Source of the DNA: Eledone cirrhosa | Lineage: Eukaryota | Length of the DNA stretch: 64,000 nt | Direction: 5' to 3' | Assembly (NCBI GenBank): GCA_964016885.1 | Contig: OZ024740.1 | Coordinates: 387,934,001-387,998,000 of the forward strand | Shown here: positions 28,495 through 43,312 of the stretch, piece by piece | How the letters are laid out: every line of letters starts with the position of its first letter | Position numbering within the stretch: the first letter of the stretch is position 1 | The notes under the pieces: generated by a model | Told to the model about the DNA's origin: nothing | The model's database searches: none | Seen by the model: the letters and a program-made list of their open reading frames with translations, nothing else | Translations under genes and position numbers: made by a program

Positions 28495-29150
28495 TTTACG
28501 ATACGGAAAATATCGACCAAAGGTACGCAATAAAAGTTTGTGTGAAAGGCAACAAATCTGGCCGCGTTGGAGATTCCATTCTATTGAAAAGTAAGGTTTT
28601 CAAGTGGCACAAAGCTTTCAAAGAGGGTCGAGAAAATGTTGAAGACAAACCTTGATCTGGAAAGCCAATCTCGTCATGAAATAAACAAAATGTGGAAGTG
28701 ATGCAAGTGGTGGTGGCGAAGTATCACCTATTAAGTGTGAGCATGGTTGCTGGAGAAACAGGCTTGGGTGAAAATGCAGTTAACAGAATTTTAAAAGACC
28801 ATATGTATATACAAACATTTGTGCAAAAATAATGCCCCAAAACTTGTCTGTGGAGCAGGATTTGCTAGAAAGACTCGACATTGAGCCTAATCCCTTGGAT
28901 AAAGTAATAACAGGAAGTGAATCATGGATGTTCATGTAAGATCCAGAGACGTCTAAGTGAGGAATTGCACACAAAATATTTTCTTCGTCTAAAGAAAGCA
29001 CGAATGTGGAAATCCAGGGTAAACCCGACGATTATAATTTTTTCGACAGCCGTGGTATTGCTCACAAAAATTGTTTACCCCCGGGACAGAAGACAGTTAA
29101 TTGCAACTCCTACAAAAATGCTTTGGACTGACTTCGAAAATGATGCATTT
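28495..29150 (+). pseudogene. Decayed mariner transposase
   Basis: DQRYAIKVCVK..SKVFKWHKAFKEGRENVEDKP.SGKP; VITGSESWM...DPET; KKARMWKSRV; FFDSRGIAH..PPGQ. Confidence 0.85.
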
Positions 29151-30548
29151 GGAAAACTGGGTGGAGGTCTATGATCCCAGCATGGTATATCCATTGAAAC
29201 AAAGTTGAAAGTATATAATGCCTGTGTGTAGGTCCCTAACGGGACTAAAAAGGCTACGTCCGTGCTGCCCATGCTTACGAGGAGTATCAAGCGATGATAT
29301 TGCTCGAAATTGAGTTGCGGCCATCCTGTATACATAATCAGAAGAGAAAGATCAATGTAACATTTTCTTAATAGGTGACAATCATTTCAACAATAATCAA
29401 GGTGCTTATAACCGCACTGATTTATATAAAAGTGCCTCAAAAGTATACAAGCGCAGACTATTTCAAATCCATTCTGTCTGAAACGGGAGCGAGCCCATAC
29501 AATAATTTGAAAAACCAAGGAAGACCAAACAAAAAAGTTTTTAAATGAAACTTCTATACAACAGGCAAATAGTTAAAATTTGAAATACCAATAGAAATAA
29601 TTATAGAAACAAAAATACAAAAAAAATAGATACAGATTAAAACATTTTTAAAATGGATGTAAAAATTTAGATAAGAACGGACATAATTTATCTACAAATA
29701 GATGAATCAAGCACCGATAATAATATGACCTCTAGGAAGTTATTTTAATCATTTAAGTACTTTACTTTAATGGAGTCTCTCGGCACATGCATATTTTCCC
29801 CATATTGTAAAATTTAAATGACGTGCTTTTTAATATTTTTCATCATTAAAAGTATATCCTGTTAATTAATCTAACGAACATCAGCTCCTATATAATATAA
29901 TATCTAAATATATCATTGCTATTGTTATTCAAGTTTCCCTATTTTAGAATTTAATTAAATAAAACCATGGTTATTTATATTCATTTAATTTGAACACAAA
30001 AGATTTATTTAAGATTTGTAATTAGTCATGAATTTTTCGATGCGCTTTACGATAAATCCTAATCTTACGAGATGTTCCTAAAATAGCATATGAAACGCAA
30101 TATTCCAGCGATAAAACCTATATTAACTGGAAATAAGTTGGTGACCTACTGATAAATTCTAGATTTATACATGTTTTCAAAATAAAGTTTTGTTACATTT
30201 ATTTTTCCTTCATTCGGATATTTCAATTTTTACATCGTTGGTATTCTTTCCACGTTGTCTTTGAGTTGTATTAATCTGTGTTTTTAATTGACCCTAATTT
30301 CTCTTCCCATTTCTTTCCTATCCCATATATCCATTTTTGTATTTTTCGATGAAGGATTAACATCCGAAGTGCTAAGACCCTTTTCCGGCCCCATTATACG
30401 TTATACTAGAATACCATTATTGCGAATATCTATTATTTGAAGAAATTATGAGTTTAAGCACAAATATGCTTTCACCATTTCAATGGATTTTCGAAAACCG
30501 AGATATTCTAACATATTAGGAAGCAGATAAAACCATCAGCTATAATAA

Positions 30549-30735
30549 TTGTTTCTACTTTTTGGCACAAGGCCGGCAATTACCCAGTGCATTACTGGTA
30601 CTTTATTTTATCGACCCCGTATGGATGAAAGGCAAAGTTAACCTCGGCGGGATTTGAACTCAGAATGGCAAGGGCCGTAACTCTATACGTCAAAGCATGG
30701 CGTCCAACCCTCTACCGATACTGCCAATCCACTAT
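30549..30735 (-). mobile_element. tRNA-derived SINE (Meta/Sauria-like core), (ATT)n tail
   Basis: - strand: TGGCAGTATCGGTAGA..GAGTTCAAATCCCGCCGAGGTTAACTTTGCCTTTCATCC..GGGGTCGATAAAATAAAGTACCAG..GCCAAAAGTAGAAAC. At least 6 copies in the window. Confidence 0.85.
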
Positions 30736-31031
30736 ACAGCTATAATAATACGCCCTGTTTGTGTCTGTTTCAGCATATATTCTACTGGAACTCTTTCAAA
30801 GGGATACAGGCATACACATACTCACAATACATTTCTTATGCAACGCACAGATAATTATGCACAGACAGACACACAAATGCTAAACGCATATATCTATATG
30901 AAACACACGTACACTCATATATATACATATGTATGTACAATCAACACAGCTGATACATAAATGTAAGTATGCATACGTACTAACATATATATACAAATAC
31001 GTCTTACTCTCTCTCTCTCCTTCTCTCTCGG

Positions 31032-31145
<114 letters not shown>

Positions 31146-31171
31146 CCCTCTCTCTCTCTTGTTCGCTCAAT

Positions 31172-31346
31172 TATTCCTGAGAGGGTCCTGAGGTAAGAGT
31201 CATCAAACACGCCTTCCAGTGGGTCCTGTCAGAAGCAACTGCCTCCAACTGATCCGGGTGGATCCCCAAGCGTGACCAACCAAGCTCATGAATGTAATCC
31301 AACCATCTTGCTCGGGGTCTACACCTGGGTTTCTTACTCGCTGGTA
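31172..31346 (-). mobile_element. 3' end of an RTE-type LINE
   Basis: - strand frame KKPRCRPRARWLDYIHELGWSRLGIHPDQLEAVASDRTHWKACL. Confidence 0.75.
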
Positions 31347-31440
31347 TATATATTTATACCTTTAAATTTATTTTATATACCTACACACACACACGCACAC
31401 ACATACATGCGTATATACATATTATATATATATAATATAT

Positions 31441-31575
31441 ATAACGAAGGAGGTGTGGTAAGGAACCAGCTGGACCATAACGCACCAGAGTACTCAATAA
31501 TTAGCGTGGTAGAGTAGTCCAGAAATAGCCGTCGAAACGGTTTGAGCTCTGCCGACGGGGTTAAACATTTCCTAT
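31441..31575. mobile_element. Rearranged (inverted) fragment of the 1636-2110 HHR tail family
   Basis: Tail in - orientation joined to the HHR 3' half (TAGCCGTCGAAACGGTTTGAGCTCTGCCGACGGGG) in + orientation; TA flanks. Confidence 0.8.
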
Positions 31576-31577
31576 AA

Positions 31578-31703
<126 letters not shown>

Positions 31704-31707
31704 ATAT

Positions 31708-31739
<32 letters not shown>

Positions 31740-31764
31740 ATATTATATATATATATATTATATA

Positions 31765-31833
<69 letters not shown>

Positions 31834-31953
31834 CATAACAGATTAAAGTTTAAATAAAGAATCGCTGCTTTCACCCTTAACGGGATCTTCTGAAACTATA
31901 TTTATATATTTATCCTTATCGAGCCCTGTTTGGATTTTAGTCTTCACATTTAT

Positions 31954-33003
31954 TATTCGATTTGTGATGTTTTTGCATTCTTGCAAAAATATACACAACT
32001 GAATTTATTCGCCTGATATAGGGGCGGCCTCCCTTGCCGATCCCCACGTGGAGTCAGCAATAGTCAGTCCTTGTATTAACATTGAACTAAAACCTGTTGA
32101 GAAAGTGGCTTCCTTGTTCAATCATCTTACCAGAAGCCTGACATTTTTTATGTAAGCGGACGGTACTTGATTTTGGAGCCGCAGAAACCCAAATACTGGA
32201 TTTTACCAACCTTCCAGGGGTCCGGGTAAATTTTCAATACCCGAATTACTTGATCGTATTTTTGGCTATGCGAATGATTGTTTAACCATCGTCTCAGTGT
32301 GTTTGGCCTTTAACGTTTGTTATAGCTCTGGTTCATCTGAATCATTGAGCACTTACTCACATCTCGGAGGTTGTTTTTCGTTATTTCGTGGGCCGAAATG
32401 CGAATCTCGATACTTTATGTTTGTATTTATCTCCAGACTCTAGCTATTGACCAGTTAATTTTCTTGATTTTTTAGTTGATTCTATTGACTGATGAATAGC
32501 TTATGTTAATTTTGACCCTTCTGTTGAGAACTCTATTCGATTTGTGATGTTTTTGTATTCTTGCAAAAATATACACAACTGAATTTATTCGCCTGATATA
32601 GGGGCTGCCTCCCTTGCCGATCCCCACGTGGAGTCAGCAATAGTCAGTCCTTGTATTAACATTGAACTAAAACCTGTTGAGAAAGTGGCTTCCTTGTTCA
32701 ATCATCTTACCAGAAGCCTGACATTTTTTTATATAAGCGGATGGTACTTGATTTAGGAGCCGCAGAAACCCAAATACTGGATTTTACCAACCTTCCAGGG
32801 GTCCGGGTAAATTTTCAATACCCGAATTACTTGATCGTTTTTTTGGCTATGCGAATGATTGTTTAACCATCGTCTCAGTGTGTTTGGCCTTTAACGTTTG
32901 TTATAGCTCTGGTTCATCTGAATCATTGAGCACTTGCTTCACGTCTCGGAGGTTGTTTTTCGTTATTTCGTGGGCCGAAATGCGAATCTCGATATTTTAT
33001 GTT

Positions 33004-33005
<2 letters not shown>
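31954..33005. repeat. Near-identical partial tandem duplication, period 580 bp
   Basis: TATTCGATTTGTGATG.. at 31954 and 32534, ~470 bp duplicated, TA-flanked. Adjacent 31900-31955 matches 6180-6238 in reverse. Confidence 0.9.
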
Positions 33006-33051
<46 letters not shown>

Positions 33052-33070
33052 ATATATATATTTTTATATA

Positions 33071-33246
<176 letters not shown>

Positions 33247-33329
33247 AATGAAGTAATTCCGTCGGAAAAGTCCAGGAAAAAAGAGTGCTCTATGTAGGTA
33301 ACAGAGCTTAATAGTTATGTAATAAACAA

Positions 33330-33383
33330 CATTTACCAGTGGTTTCTTTAAAGCAAAAAATGTTGCTTTCAATCCTCAGAATG
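33330..33383 (-). ncRNA. Type-I hammerhead ribozyme (family CATT-CTGAGGA)
   Basis: CATT-CTGAGGA-TTGAAAGCAA..TTGCTTTAAA-GAAA-CCACTGG-TA-AATG. Confidence 0.82.
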
Positions 33384-33526
33384 AAAAAGTCCTGGTCTGT
33401 TTATTGAATTTGGATTTTAAAAACAAAAGTGCAATCTATATGAAAGTGAGGCTGTAGAAAGAAGAAGGAAAGGAAAAATAAAATAAAACCACACATGCAA
33501 ACACACACACACACAAAAGCATACAT

Positions 33527-33575
<49 letters not shown>

Positions 33576-34182
33576 CACTCATATATACACACACACATAT
33601 ACACATATATATGTGTATATAAATACACACATACACATACATATACACATACATACATACGCACATAAAAATCAACACATCCATACATACACATACATAC
33701 ATACAACCACACATATACACATATACATATATATATATATATATATACATACATGCATACACATACACATACATAGCCATACACACATACATATACATAC
33801 ATACATACATGCACACAATCATACCTATATACACACGTACATACATACACATACATAAATGCGTACATATGCATGTACAAAATTAGAAAAATATACACAC
33901 CTCTACATATTCACACACGCAAATAAATATAAGAAAAAAAATATATATAAAATAAAATAATTATACAGTTGACAGCGATACATGCGACTAGTAGATGAAC
34001 AGACACGCGTGGTAAGCAATACACACAAATGCACGTACACATACGTACGAAAAAGTAAATACATACACACACACTCTCACGCATAAATATACATATACAA
34101 ATACATAAACACATACATACACATACACAAATACATACACAAACACGCACACACACACATATACATATATACACACATACAT

Positions 34183-34258
<76 letters not shown>

Positions 34259-34290
34259 ATTATGTAATAAACAACATAAGGCAATTATTC

Positions 34291-34344
34291 CATTTACCAG
34301 TGGTTTCTTAAAAGCAAAAGGTTTTGCTTTCAATCCTCAGAATG
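34291..34344 (-). ncRNA. Type-I hammerhead ribozyme (family CATT-CTGAGGA)
   Basis: Reverse complement of 34436-34489. Confidence 0.85.
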
Positions 34345-34435
34345 AAAAATCCTGGTTTGTTTATTGAATATGGATTCTAAAAACCTAGATTCTAAAAACC
34401 TAGAATCCATATTCAATAAACAAACCAGGATTTTT

Positions 34436-34489
34436 CATTCTGAGGATTGAAAGCAAAACCTTTTGCTTTTAAGAAACCACTGGTAAATG
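34436..34489 (+). ncRNA. Type-I hammerhead ribozyme (family CATT-CTGAGGA)
   Basis: CATT-CTGAGGA-TTGAAAGCAAAA/cc/TTTTGCTTTTAA-GAAA-CCACTGG-TA-AATG. Confidence 0.85.
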
Positions 34490-34594
34490 GAATAATTGCC
34501 TTATGTTGTTTATTACATAATAATAATAATTAAGCTCTGTTGCATACATAGAGCACTCTTTTTTCCTGGACTTTTCCGATGGAATTACTTCATT

Positions 34595-34674
<80 letters not shown>

Positions 34675-34795
34675 CACACACACATACACACAGATATATA
34701 TATATATATATATACATACACACACATATACATACATAGCTATACAATTATACACATACAAATACGTACATATCACAAACACGCACAACCAAATA

Positions 34796-34871
<76 letters not shown>

Positions 34872-34983
34872 CACACACATATATATGTGTGTGTGTAAAA
34901 CTCAATCTTAGATAATTCATATTAACCTTTTATATACTTTTATATATAGTAGTAATGTAATAAACAACATAAGGCAATTATTC

Positions 34984-35045
34984 CATTCACCAGTGGTTTC
35001 TTAAAAGTAAAAAAGTAAAAAATGTTGCCTTCAATCCTCAGAATG
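34984..35045 (-). ncRNA. Hammerhead copy with GUG at the cleavage triplet, likely inactive
   Basis: Same family; reads ..CCACTGG-TG-AATG and has a duplication in stem II. Confidence 0.7.
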
Positions 35046-35383
35046 AACAAAACCTGGTCTATCTACATATACATATATATACACACACATATATACATAT
35101 ACATATACACATACACATACATACACATACATTTTGGTATGTGAAGAGTAAGGCAAAAAGAATATATGGGGGGGGGGGAGACATAGGAAAAGGTGAAATA
35201 TAAGGGGAGATAAGGGAGAAAAAGAATACAAGAGTACAGAACGTGGATTCTGTAAATAAAAAAAAACCGTAGTGGAAGTAAAGAGCAGGAAAGGAGTTCA
35301 AGGCGGTTGATTTATCATAGGAGTGTCAATCCAGTTACAGATCAGATGTGATTTCAGATGAGGACAGCATCTGAAGATCTCAG

Positions 35384-35821
35384 GAAGCCGGATGAATGCC
35401 CATTGCAGGGTAAATGTAACACCAAATCTGTTGTTTATGAGGCTAAAATAACACCGGTAATCAACAACCAGCCAGCCAGGAGTGAGCGATATGTCGGTAT
35501 GACCCAGGACAGGTTTAAAACCAGATTTTACTCACATGTCGCTTCTTTTAAACACTCCGATAAACGAACATCAACGGCCCTCGCAAGTAAGGTGTGGGAA
35601 TTCAAGGATAGTAACATCCCGTACTCTATCGATTGGTCTATCTTAGACCATTCGAGGGAGTACCAAAGGGGCACAAAGAATTGTTCTTTGTGTACCACAG
35701 AAAAATATAGGATTTTGCTAAACTTAGAGCCACTTCTGCTTGCCTAAACTCAAAGACTGAGATCTTCAGATGTTGTCCTCATCTGAAATCACATCTGATC
35801 TGTAACTGGATTGACACTCCT
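35384..35821 (+). pseudogene. PLE GIY-YIG endonuclease fragment (5'-truncated at the inversion junction, frameshift near 35740)
   Basis: ECPLQGKC..VVYEA..RYVG..FKTRFYSH..SF; CSLC..EK; continues in another frame as LNSKTEIFRCCPH. Confidence 0.88.
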
Positions 35822-36081
35822 ATGATAAATCAACCGCCTTGAACTCCTTCTCTGCTCTTTACTTCTACTACGGTTTTTTTATTTACTGAATCCACGTTCT
35901 GTACTCTTGTATTCTTTTTCTCCCTTATCTCCCCTTATTTCACCTTTTCCTATGTCTTCCCCTCCCCATATATTCTTTTTGCCTTACCCTTCACATACCA
36001 AAATGTATGTGTATGTATGTGTAAGTGTATATGTATATATGTGTGTATATATATGTATATGTAGATAGACCAGGTTTTTTT

Positions 36082-36135
36082 CATTCTGAGGATTGAAGGC
36101 AACATTTTTTACTTTTAAGAAACCACTGGTCAATG
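36082..36135 (+). ncRNA. Type-I hammerhead ribozyme (GUC site)
   Basis: CATT-CTGAGGA-stem II-GAAA-CCACTGG-TC-AATG. Confidence 0.8.
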
Positions 36136-36235
36136 GAATAATTGCCTTATGTTGTTTATTACATTACTACTATATATATGTATATATATGGTTCATATGA
36201 ATTATCTAAGATTGAGTTTTACACACACACATATA

Positions 36236-36300
<65 letters not shown>

Positions 36301-36420
36301 TTGTATTTGGTTGTGCGTGTTTGTGATATGTACGTATTTGTATGTGTATAATTGTATAGCTATGTATGTATGTGTGTGTGTATGTATATATATATATATG
36401 TGTGTGTGTATGTGTGTGTG

Positions 36421-36485
<65 letters not shown>

Positions 36486-36903
36486 ATGTGTGTGTGTATA
36501 TATGCATATGTGTGTGTGTGCGTGTTTGTGTATGTATTTGTGTATGTGTATGTATGTGTTTATGTATTTGTATATGTATATTTATGCGTGAGAGTGTGTG
36601 TATGTATTTACTTTTTGGTACGTATGTGTACGTGCATTTGTGTGTATTGCTTACCACGCGTGTCTGTTCATCTACTAGTCGCATGTATAATTATTTTATT
36701 TTATATATATATTTTTTCTTATATTTATTTGCGTGTGTGAATATGTAGAGGTGTGTATATTTTTCTAATTTTGTACATGCATATGTACGCATTTATGTAT
36801 GTGTATGTATGTACGTGTGTATATAGGTATGATTGTGTGCATGTATGTATGTATGTATATGTATGTGTGTATGGCTATGTATGTGTATGTGTATGCATGT
36901 ATG

Positions 36904-36934
<31 letters not shown>

Positions 36935-36953
36935 GTGTGTGTGTGTATGTATG

Positions 36954-37031
<78 letters not shown>

Positions 37032-37156
37032 TGTGTGTGTTTGCATGTGTGGTTTTATTTTATTTTTCCTTTCCTTCTTCTTTCTACAGCCTCACTTTCA
37101 TATAGATTGCATTTTTGTTTTAAAATCCAAATTCAATAAACAGACCAGGATTTTTT

Positions 37157-37211
37157 CTTTCTGAGGATTGAGAAGCAAAATTTTTTGCTTTTAAGAAACC
37201 ACTGGTAAATG
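37157..37211 (+). ncRNA. Type-I hammerhead ribozyme (GUA site)
   Basis: CTTT-CTGAGGA-TTGAGAAGCAAAA/tt/TTTTGCTTTTAA-GAAA-CCACTGG-TA-AATG. Confidence 0.78.
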
Positions 37212-37284
37212 GAATAGTTGCCTTATGTTGTTTATTACATAACTATATTATATATATATATATATTATATATATATATATATAT

Positions 37285-40200
37285 ATTTATTAATTTGAAG
37301 AACGTCAGTATTCCGTGTGTCATAATTCTCGATTATCATTGGTTCATAGGTTTCAAATGACTCCGCCCACCTCAACGACGCCAAACTGAAAGTAATATGC
37401 ATAATTGAGGGAGTGAGAGGGGAGAGTGTGAACGCTGTGTTCAATAACTATTAACATGTGTGCGTGTGTATGTACGTGCGCGTATGTTTATGTGTGTGTG
37501 CGTGCGTGCAGCGTTCCACAGAAACTAGAAACTATCAACATGTGTGTGTGTGTGTGTAAGTTTGCGTGCGTGTGCGCTTTTCCATGCGTGTATGTGTGTG
37601 GCGTTCCGCAATCGCCACGCAGTTTATCTGTCTGTGTGTCTGTCTGTCAGTCTAACATACACAGAGTTGTGAAGGGAGTAAATAGGGACCTTTCTTTAAA
37701 TTGACGGACATCTTTTATATTTATTATTGTGTCATTTTTTATACACTATGTATATGTGTCAGTGTAGAGACATGTGTGTGTGTGTGTGTGATGTGTGTCG
37801 AAATAAGAGGGGAAGGAAAGCAATAACTATTAACATGTGTGCGTGTGTATGTACATGCCCGTATGTTTATGTGTGTGTGCGTGCGTGCAGCGTTCCACAG
37901 AAACTAGAAACTATCAACATGTGTGAGTGTGTGCGTGTGTAAGTTTGCGTGCGTGTGCGCGTTTCCATGCGTGTATGTGTGTGGCGTTCCACAATCGCCA
38001 CGCAGTTTATCTGTCTGTATGCATGTCTGTCAGTCTAACATACACAGAGTTGTGAAGGGAGTAAATAGGGACCTTGCTTTTATATTTATTATTGTGTCAT
38101 TTTTTGACAATTGCTCGAAATGAATACTGATAATAAAAACAATTCGACTTTATCAAACAGTGAACTACAGCGGGGACGGCGTGCAGCCAGCAATGAAGAA
38201 AAACGGGACGAACAGCGCCATCGGAACGCCGAACTTCAGAGGCGAAGACGTGCCGCCATGAATGAAGAGGAGCTGGCTGATCAACGCCAACGAAACACTG
38301 GAGCCAAGCAGCGACGGCGTGCTGCGATGGTTGAAGACGAACTGACTGAGCATCATCAGCAGATGGCCAGAATTCAGCAGCAACGGCGTGCTGCGATGGA
38401 TGGAGAGGAGCTGGCTGAACAGCGCCAGCGCAATACAGAAGTTCAGAGAATGTGTCGCCAAAGTGCTCTTCATTCCAGTAAAGAGGCTAGAAGGCGAACG
38501 GATGATATTAAAAATGGATCATGGCAACCGTGTCATTTTCAGATTGGTGGACGAGCAGAGTGTTCACATTGTGGAGCATTGCTTTGGAGGCATGAAAAAA
38601 CGTGGACCACAATGTGCTGTCATAAAGGAGCAGTTCAACTAGAACCCCTGCGAATGCCGGATGATGAGGAGTCACCGGAGTTTAAAATACTAAGTATGTG
38701 GGGTGATCAAGGAGACCGAGGTAGATTACTGTGCAAATATTCGCGGCAAATTAACAATTCATTAGCTTTAGCATCGCAGACAGTTAGTGAGATGTTTGAG
38801 AGTGGAGCATGGCAACCGAATGTAGTCATTCAATGCCGTTTTTATCATTGTATCGGTAATTTAGAAGTTACCCCAGGAGAGAGGCCTCGATTCGCTCAAA
38901 TTTACGTTAACAATCCAGATTATAGGAGGATATCAGGATCGGTTGGATGAAGTAGCCGGGAAATGAAACTGAACTTGAACGGCAAAAGTTAATCGATTTG
39001 ATCCGTGATTTGCAATCATGGCTTAGACAGTGTAATCCTTATGTTATGGATTTCATGTTGGTGGCTGAACTGCAAAATGTTCAGCAGCAAACATTGGTGA
39101 TTAAGGCGCAGTGCCAAGGAATCAACACGAACTGCGATATAATGCCCCTGAAGGAATTTGTGAAGTTACCGATAAGCCTGGATCGAGAGATATCGTCCTC
39201 AATCGCAGAGATGGTGGTCTCAAGACTATCAATGAGTCACACAGGGCATACGATCCATTGCATTATGTTCTTTTATTCCCAAAAGGTGAAAATGGATGGA
39301 ACATGTCTGTTCATTTAGATGATCATGAAAATCAGCATCAACAGGGAGGTGGCAATAAACACAATAATTTGATTCGCGAATTTTACGCGTTCCATTTGGA
39401 CGAGAGGAATCAATTTTGTCACGAACACTTCCTGGAACGATGGGGATGCTCATCCCTCATACAGAAGACGGTCGCCTGCCGATGGCTGTTTGGTCGAAAA
39501 TATAAACGGTCGACAGGTTACAAATCAATGGGTTGTGCCATACAATCCATATTTGATTATGAAATATCGTTGTCATATTAATGTGGAAATTTGTAGCTCA
39601 GTGAAAGCTTGCAAATATCTATTCAAATATGTTTACAAAGGTCATGATCGGGCAATGATCAATGTCTAGAATGAGGAAGCGAACCAAGGAGATGAAGTTG
39701 GCAGGTTCCAGGATGTTCGCTCGATTGGATCTAGCGAAGCTTGCTGGAGATTGTTCGATTTTGACCTCAATGAACGCAAACCCAGCGTTCAGAAACTGAC
39801 GGTTCACTTAGAGAATATGCAAATGGTCTGTGTTCAGGACACTAGAAGAGGTGTCGAATGAATTGCTAACGCACCACCTCCTAAGATGGAATTGACTGAG
39901 TGGTTCAAGCATAATAGGGAACATGCTTTGGACCCGGATCAAAGGAAGCTCTACTGCGATTTCCCTTCGCACTATACGTGGGATAAGAAGGAAAAGAAAT
40001 GGAATGATAGAAAACAAAAGTTGAGATTCATGACTATTGGACGGGTTTGTAATGTCCATCCAGCATCTGGTGATGTATTTTATCTCCGAATTCTGTTGCA
40101 TAATGATTTTTCGAGAGGTAAACAGAGCTTCACTGATTTGAAAACAATCAATGGCGTGGAATATGAAACATACCAGGCTGTGTGTCTGCATCTGTGACCC

Positions 40201-41614
40201 CTTCAGGATGACGCTGAATGGAATAACGCCATGGAAGCTGCAGGAACAACTCAGATGCCAGCTCAAATAAGGCAGTTGTTTGTCACGATTCTAGGATTCT
40301 GCAACCCCGCGATCCAAGAGAGTTATTTGAACGCCATTGGCGAATTATGTCTGATGATTTTAGGCATCATCTTCAGGTCGATGATGAAAATTTGATGAAA
40401 GCTATTGTTTTGCTCAATATTGAGCAACTGCTTGAAGTTCATTTCAAATGTTTAACAGATTTCAATTTGCCAATTCCTGATGAAAAAATGCGGCAACGTG
40501 TCTTAGCATTAAATATGAGATTGCAGCTTAGACGTTTGCCACTCGATCGGGGGGAACTATTCCAGTTTGATCCACTGGAACAGCAACGTATTGTGGATGA
40601 ACGTATGCTAATGTTGACCCAATCTCAGAGAGAATTGGTCGATGGCGTTCTCCACTCGATTTCCACTAATGAACAACTTTGTGCTTTCATAGATGCCCCA
40701 GGAGGCACTGGAAAGACATTCTGTTTCAACACTATGTTATCGGCAGTCAGAGTTCCGAGGAAGATTGCTCTCCCTGTGGCCACCAGTGGGATCGCTGCCA
40801 CTTTGCTGAGTGGTGGAAGGACCTTCCACTCATGCTTCTAGGCTCCATTGGCTCCGGATGAGTTGAGTGTCTGTAACATTCCAGGACAAAATGAACTCGC
40901 GGGCCTTATACGCAATACGACTCTGATTATTTGGGACGAGGCTCCAATGGCACACAGATATTTGCTGGAGACATTGGACAGAACTTTGAGAGATATCTGC
41001 GGTAGTGACCTGCTATTCGGTGGTAAGACTATCGTTCCTGGTGGCGATTTCAGACAGGTGCTACCAATTGTTAGGAATGCTCAAAGAGTGCAAATTGTCG
41101 ATGCATGTCTGAAAAAGTCCCCGTTGTGGCGCCATTTCAGAGTTTTGCGATTACACGATAATATGCGACTTCGTATGTTCGGGCAAAACGAAAAGGCTGA
41201 GACATACGGCCGATGGTTGATGCAGTTGGGAAACGATGAATTGCCACATGTTGGTGATAATCAGACTGTAAGAATCGCAGACCATTTGGTCTTGCTACTG
41301 GACCGTCAAACATTGAGTGACTGGGTGTTCCCTAATTTGAATGCTTTTTGGCAGAATATCTCCTGGATATCGGAATGCAACGGTCGATGAAATAAATTCA
41401 CAAGTAGCCGGAATTATCTATATCTATATCTACATATAATATAAAAGATAGGAACTTCCATCATCCTTTTGAGAAACGTGGAACAACCACGTCTATGCAA
41501 TGATACACGTTTTACAGTCAGGCAGTAGTTGAACCATCTCCTAGAAGTCACTATTCTAGATGGGAGCAACTAGAATTGTTCATATTCTATGCACAAACGG
41601 TACAACGAAGCTAG
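37285..41614 (+). mobile_element. Decayed, internally deleted Helitron
   Basis: RepHel remnants; candidate 3' end CTAG|T at 41611-41615; TA-rich flanks; ~300-bp direct duplication in the 5' region (37442-37740 / 37821-38104). The 5' boundary is approximate. Confidence 0.85.
38111..41580 (+). pseudogene. Helitron RepHel (Zn finger, Rep motif 3, PIF1-like helicase), frameshifted
   Basis: CSHCGALLW.HE....CCHKG; PRFAQIY; YDPLHYVLLFPKGE.GW; WVVPYNPYL..HINVEICSSVKACKYLFKYVYKGHD; FYLRILL; IDAPGGTGKTF; ATSGIAATLL.GGRTFHS; IIWDEAPM; GGDFRQVLP. Confidence 0.92.
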
Positions 41615-41755
<141 letters not shown>

Positions 41756-42248
41756 ATATTTGGGGAGGGTCATATAATATTACCAGAAATAATAAAACAG
41801 TCACTGTGTGTGAGAGAGCGAGATATATACCTTTATATTTATTTTGGTATATATATGTGTGAATGCCTGAATATGTGAGTGAGTTTGTGTGTGTTGTCTA
41901 TCTGACTCTATCTCTCTCTATATATATTTATATATATCACATACCATATACCAATATCATCAGCAGCAGCAACTCTAATATACGTCATGTATATTCATAC
42001 ATATCTCCGGCTACAACTCTTTCAAGTTTACGCACACACACATACACTCACGATTCTTAACACATCCATACAATGCATATCTTATCCCAGTCATGAATGA
42101 AACAATGAAAGAGTTCCATTTAATACTTTGAAATAATAAAATATCTTTCATGACTAAAGAATTAAGTCGAGGTGGAAAATTGCGCATGAATTAAATAATG
42201 TTACTGCTTTGTCGTACACGCACACTTATATATATGTATATATACACG

Positions 42249-42304
<56 letters not shown>

Positions 42305-43013
42305 CATACATATGTGTGTGTTTGTGTGTATATATGTATATATATATATGTCAGGTCACCAGTTGGTGCTACTGGTAACATGTATCCCAGTACAACCTGT
42401 CTCATGGTCGGGTCGTTGGCGTCTAAACTGGCAACCCCACCAATGTTTCTTGGTGAGGAGGGTGACTTTGGACATCCTGCAGGAGTAAAAACAAAACCTG
42501 TCAAAGGGCAAAGGAGCTCTTAAGAGTCAATGGCCATCCAAAATCACCGGGAGAGATGACCCCTTAGCCTTTGTCAAGGCAGAATTCTAGGAGGAGGAAA
42601 ACTCTGATATAACACCTTCAACCCTGATGGTATCCAATGATGTTGACTTGTTCTTCTTTTTGGTAAATATCATCTTGGTTAAGAGAGTGGGACTGGCTTT
42701 GTGCAGTGCCTTTGCTCACTATAAAAGCTTCACGGAACAGGTATTGCTTTATATCTGGAGATCTCTCTGCATTTGTCGTTACATGGTACCATGGGCCCAG
42801 CACTATGTGTCAATAATTGTCACAAGTGTAGTGTTTGTACCAGAGTTTTCAAGTCGCTGGCTGGACTAAAAAATCACACTTGTTCAGCGCATCGGTAGGG
42901 GTTCTCCTACATAGATATAAAGTAGTGGCCGTACTCGAAAACGAGTTGGCAGCCACCATATATATATATATATATGTGTGTGTGTGTCTGTGCGTATATA
43001 TGTATATATACAC

Positions 43014-43077
<64 letters not shown>

Positions 43078-43086
43078 GTGTGTGTC

Positions 43087-43159
<73 letters not shown>

Positions 43160-43184
43160 ATATATATATATATATATATATATA

Positions 43185-43312
<128 letters not shown>

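Noticed and set aside
32485-32545. CTGATGA followed by an ATAG..CTAT helix as a hammerhead
   Set aside because: No GAAA or stem III follows.
42350-42620. HDV-like ribozyme in a GC-richer segment resembling a LINE 5' UTR
   Set aside because: I could not assemble the nested double pseudoknot by eye; it needs a descriptor search.
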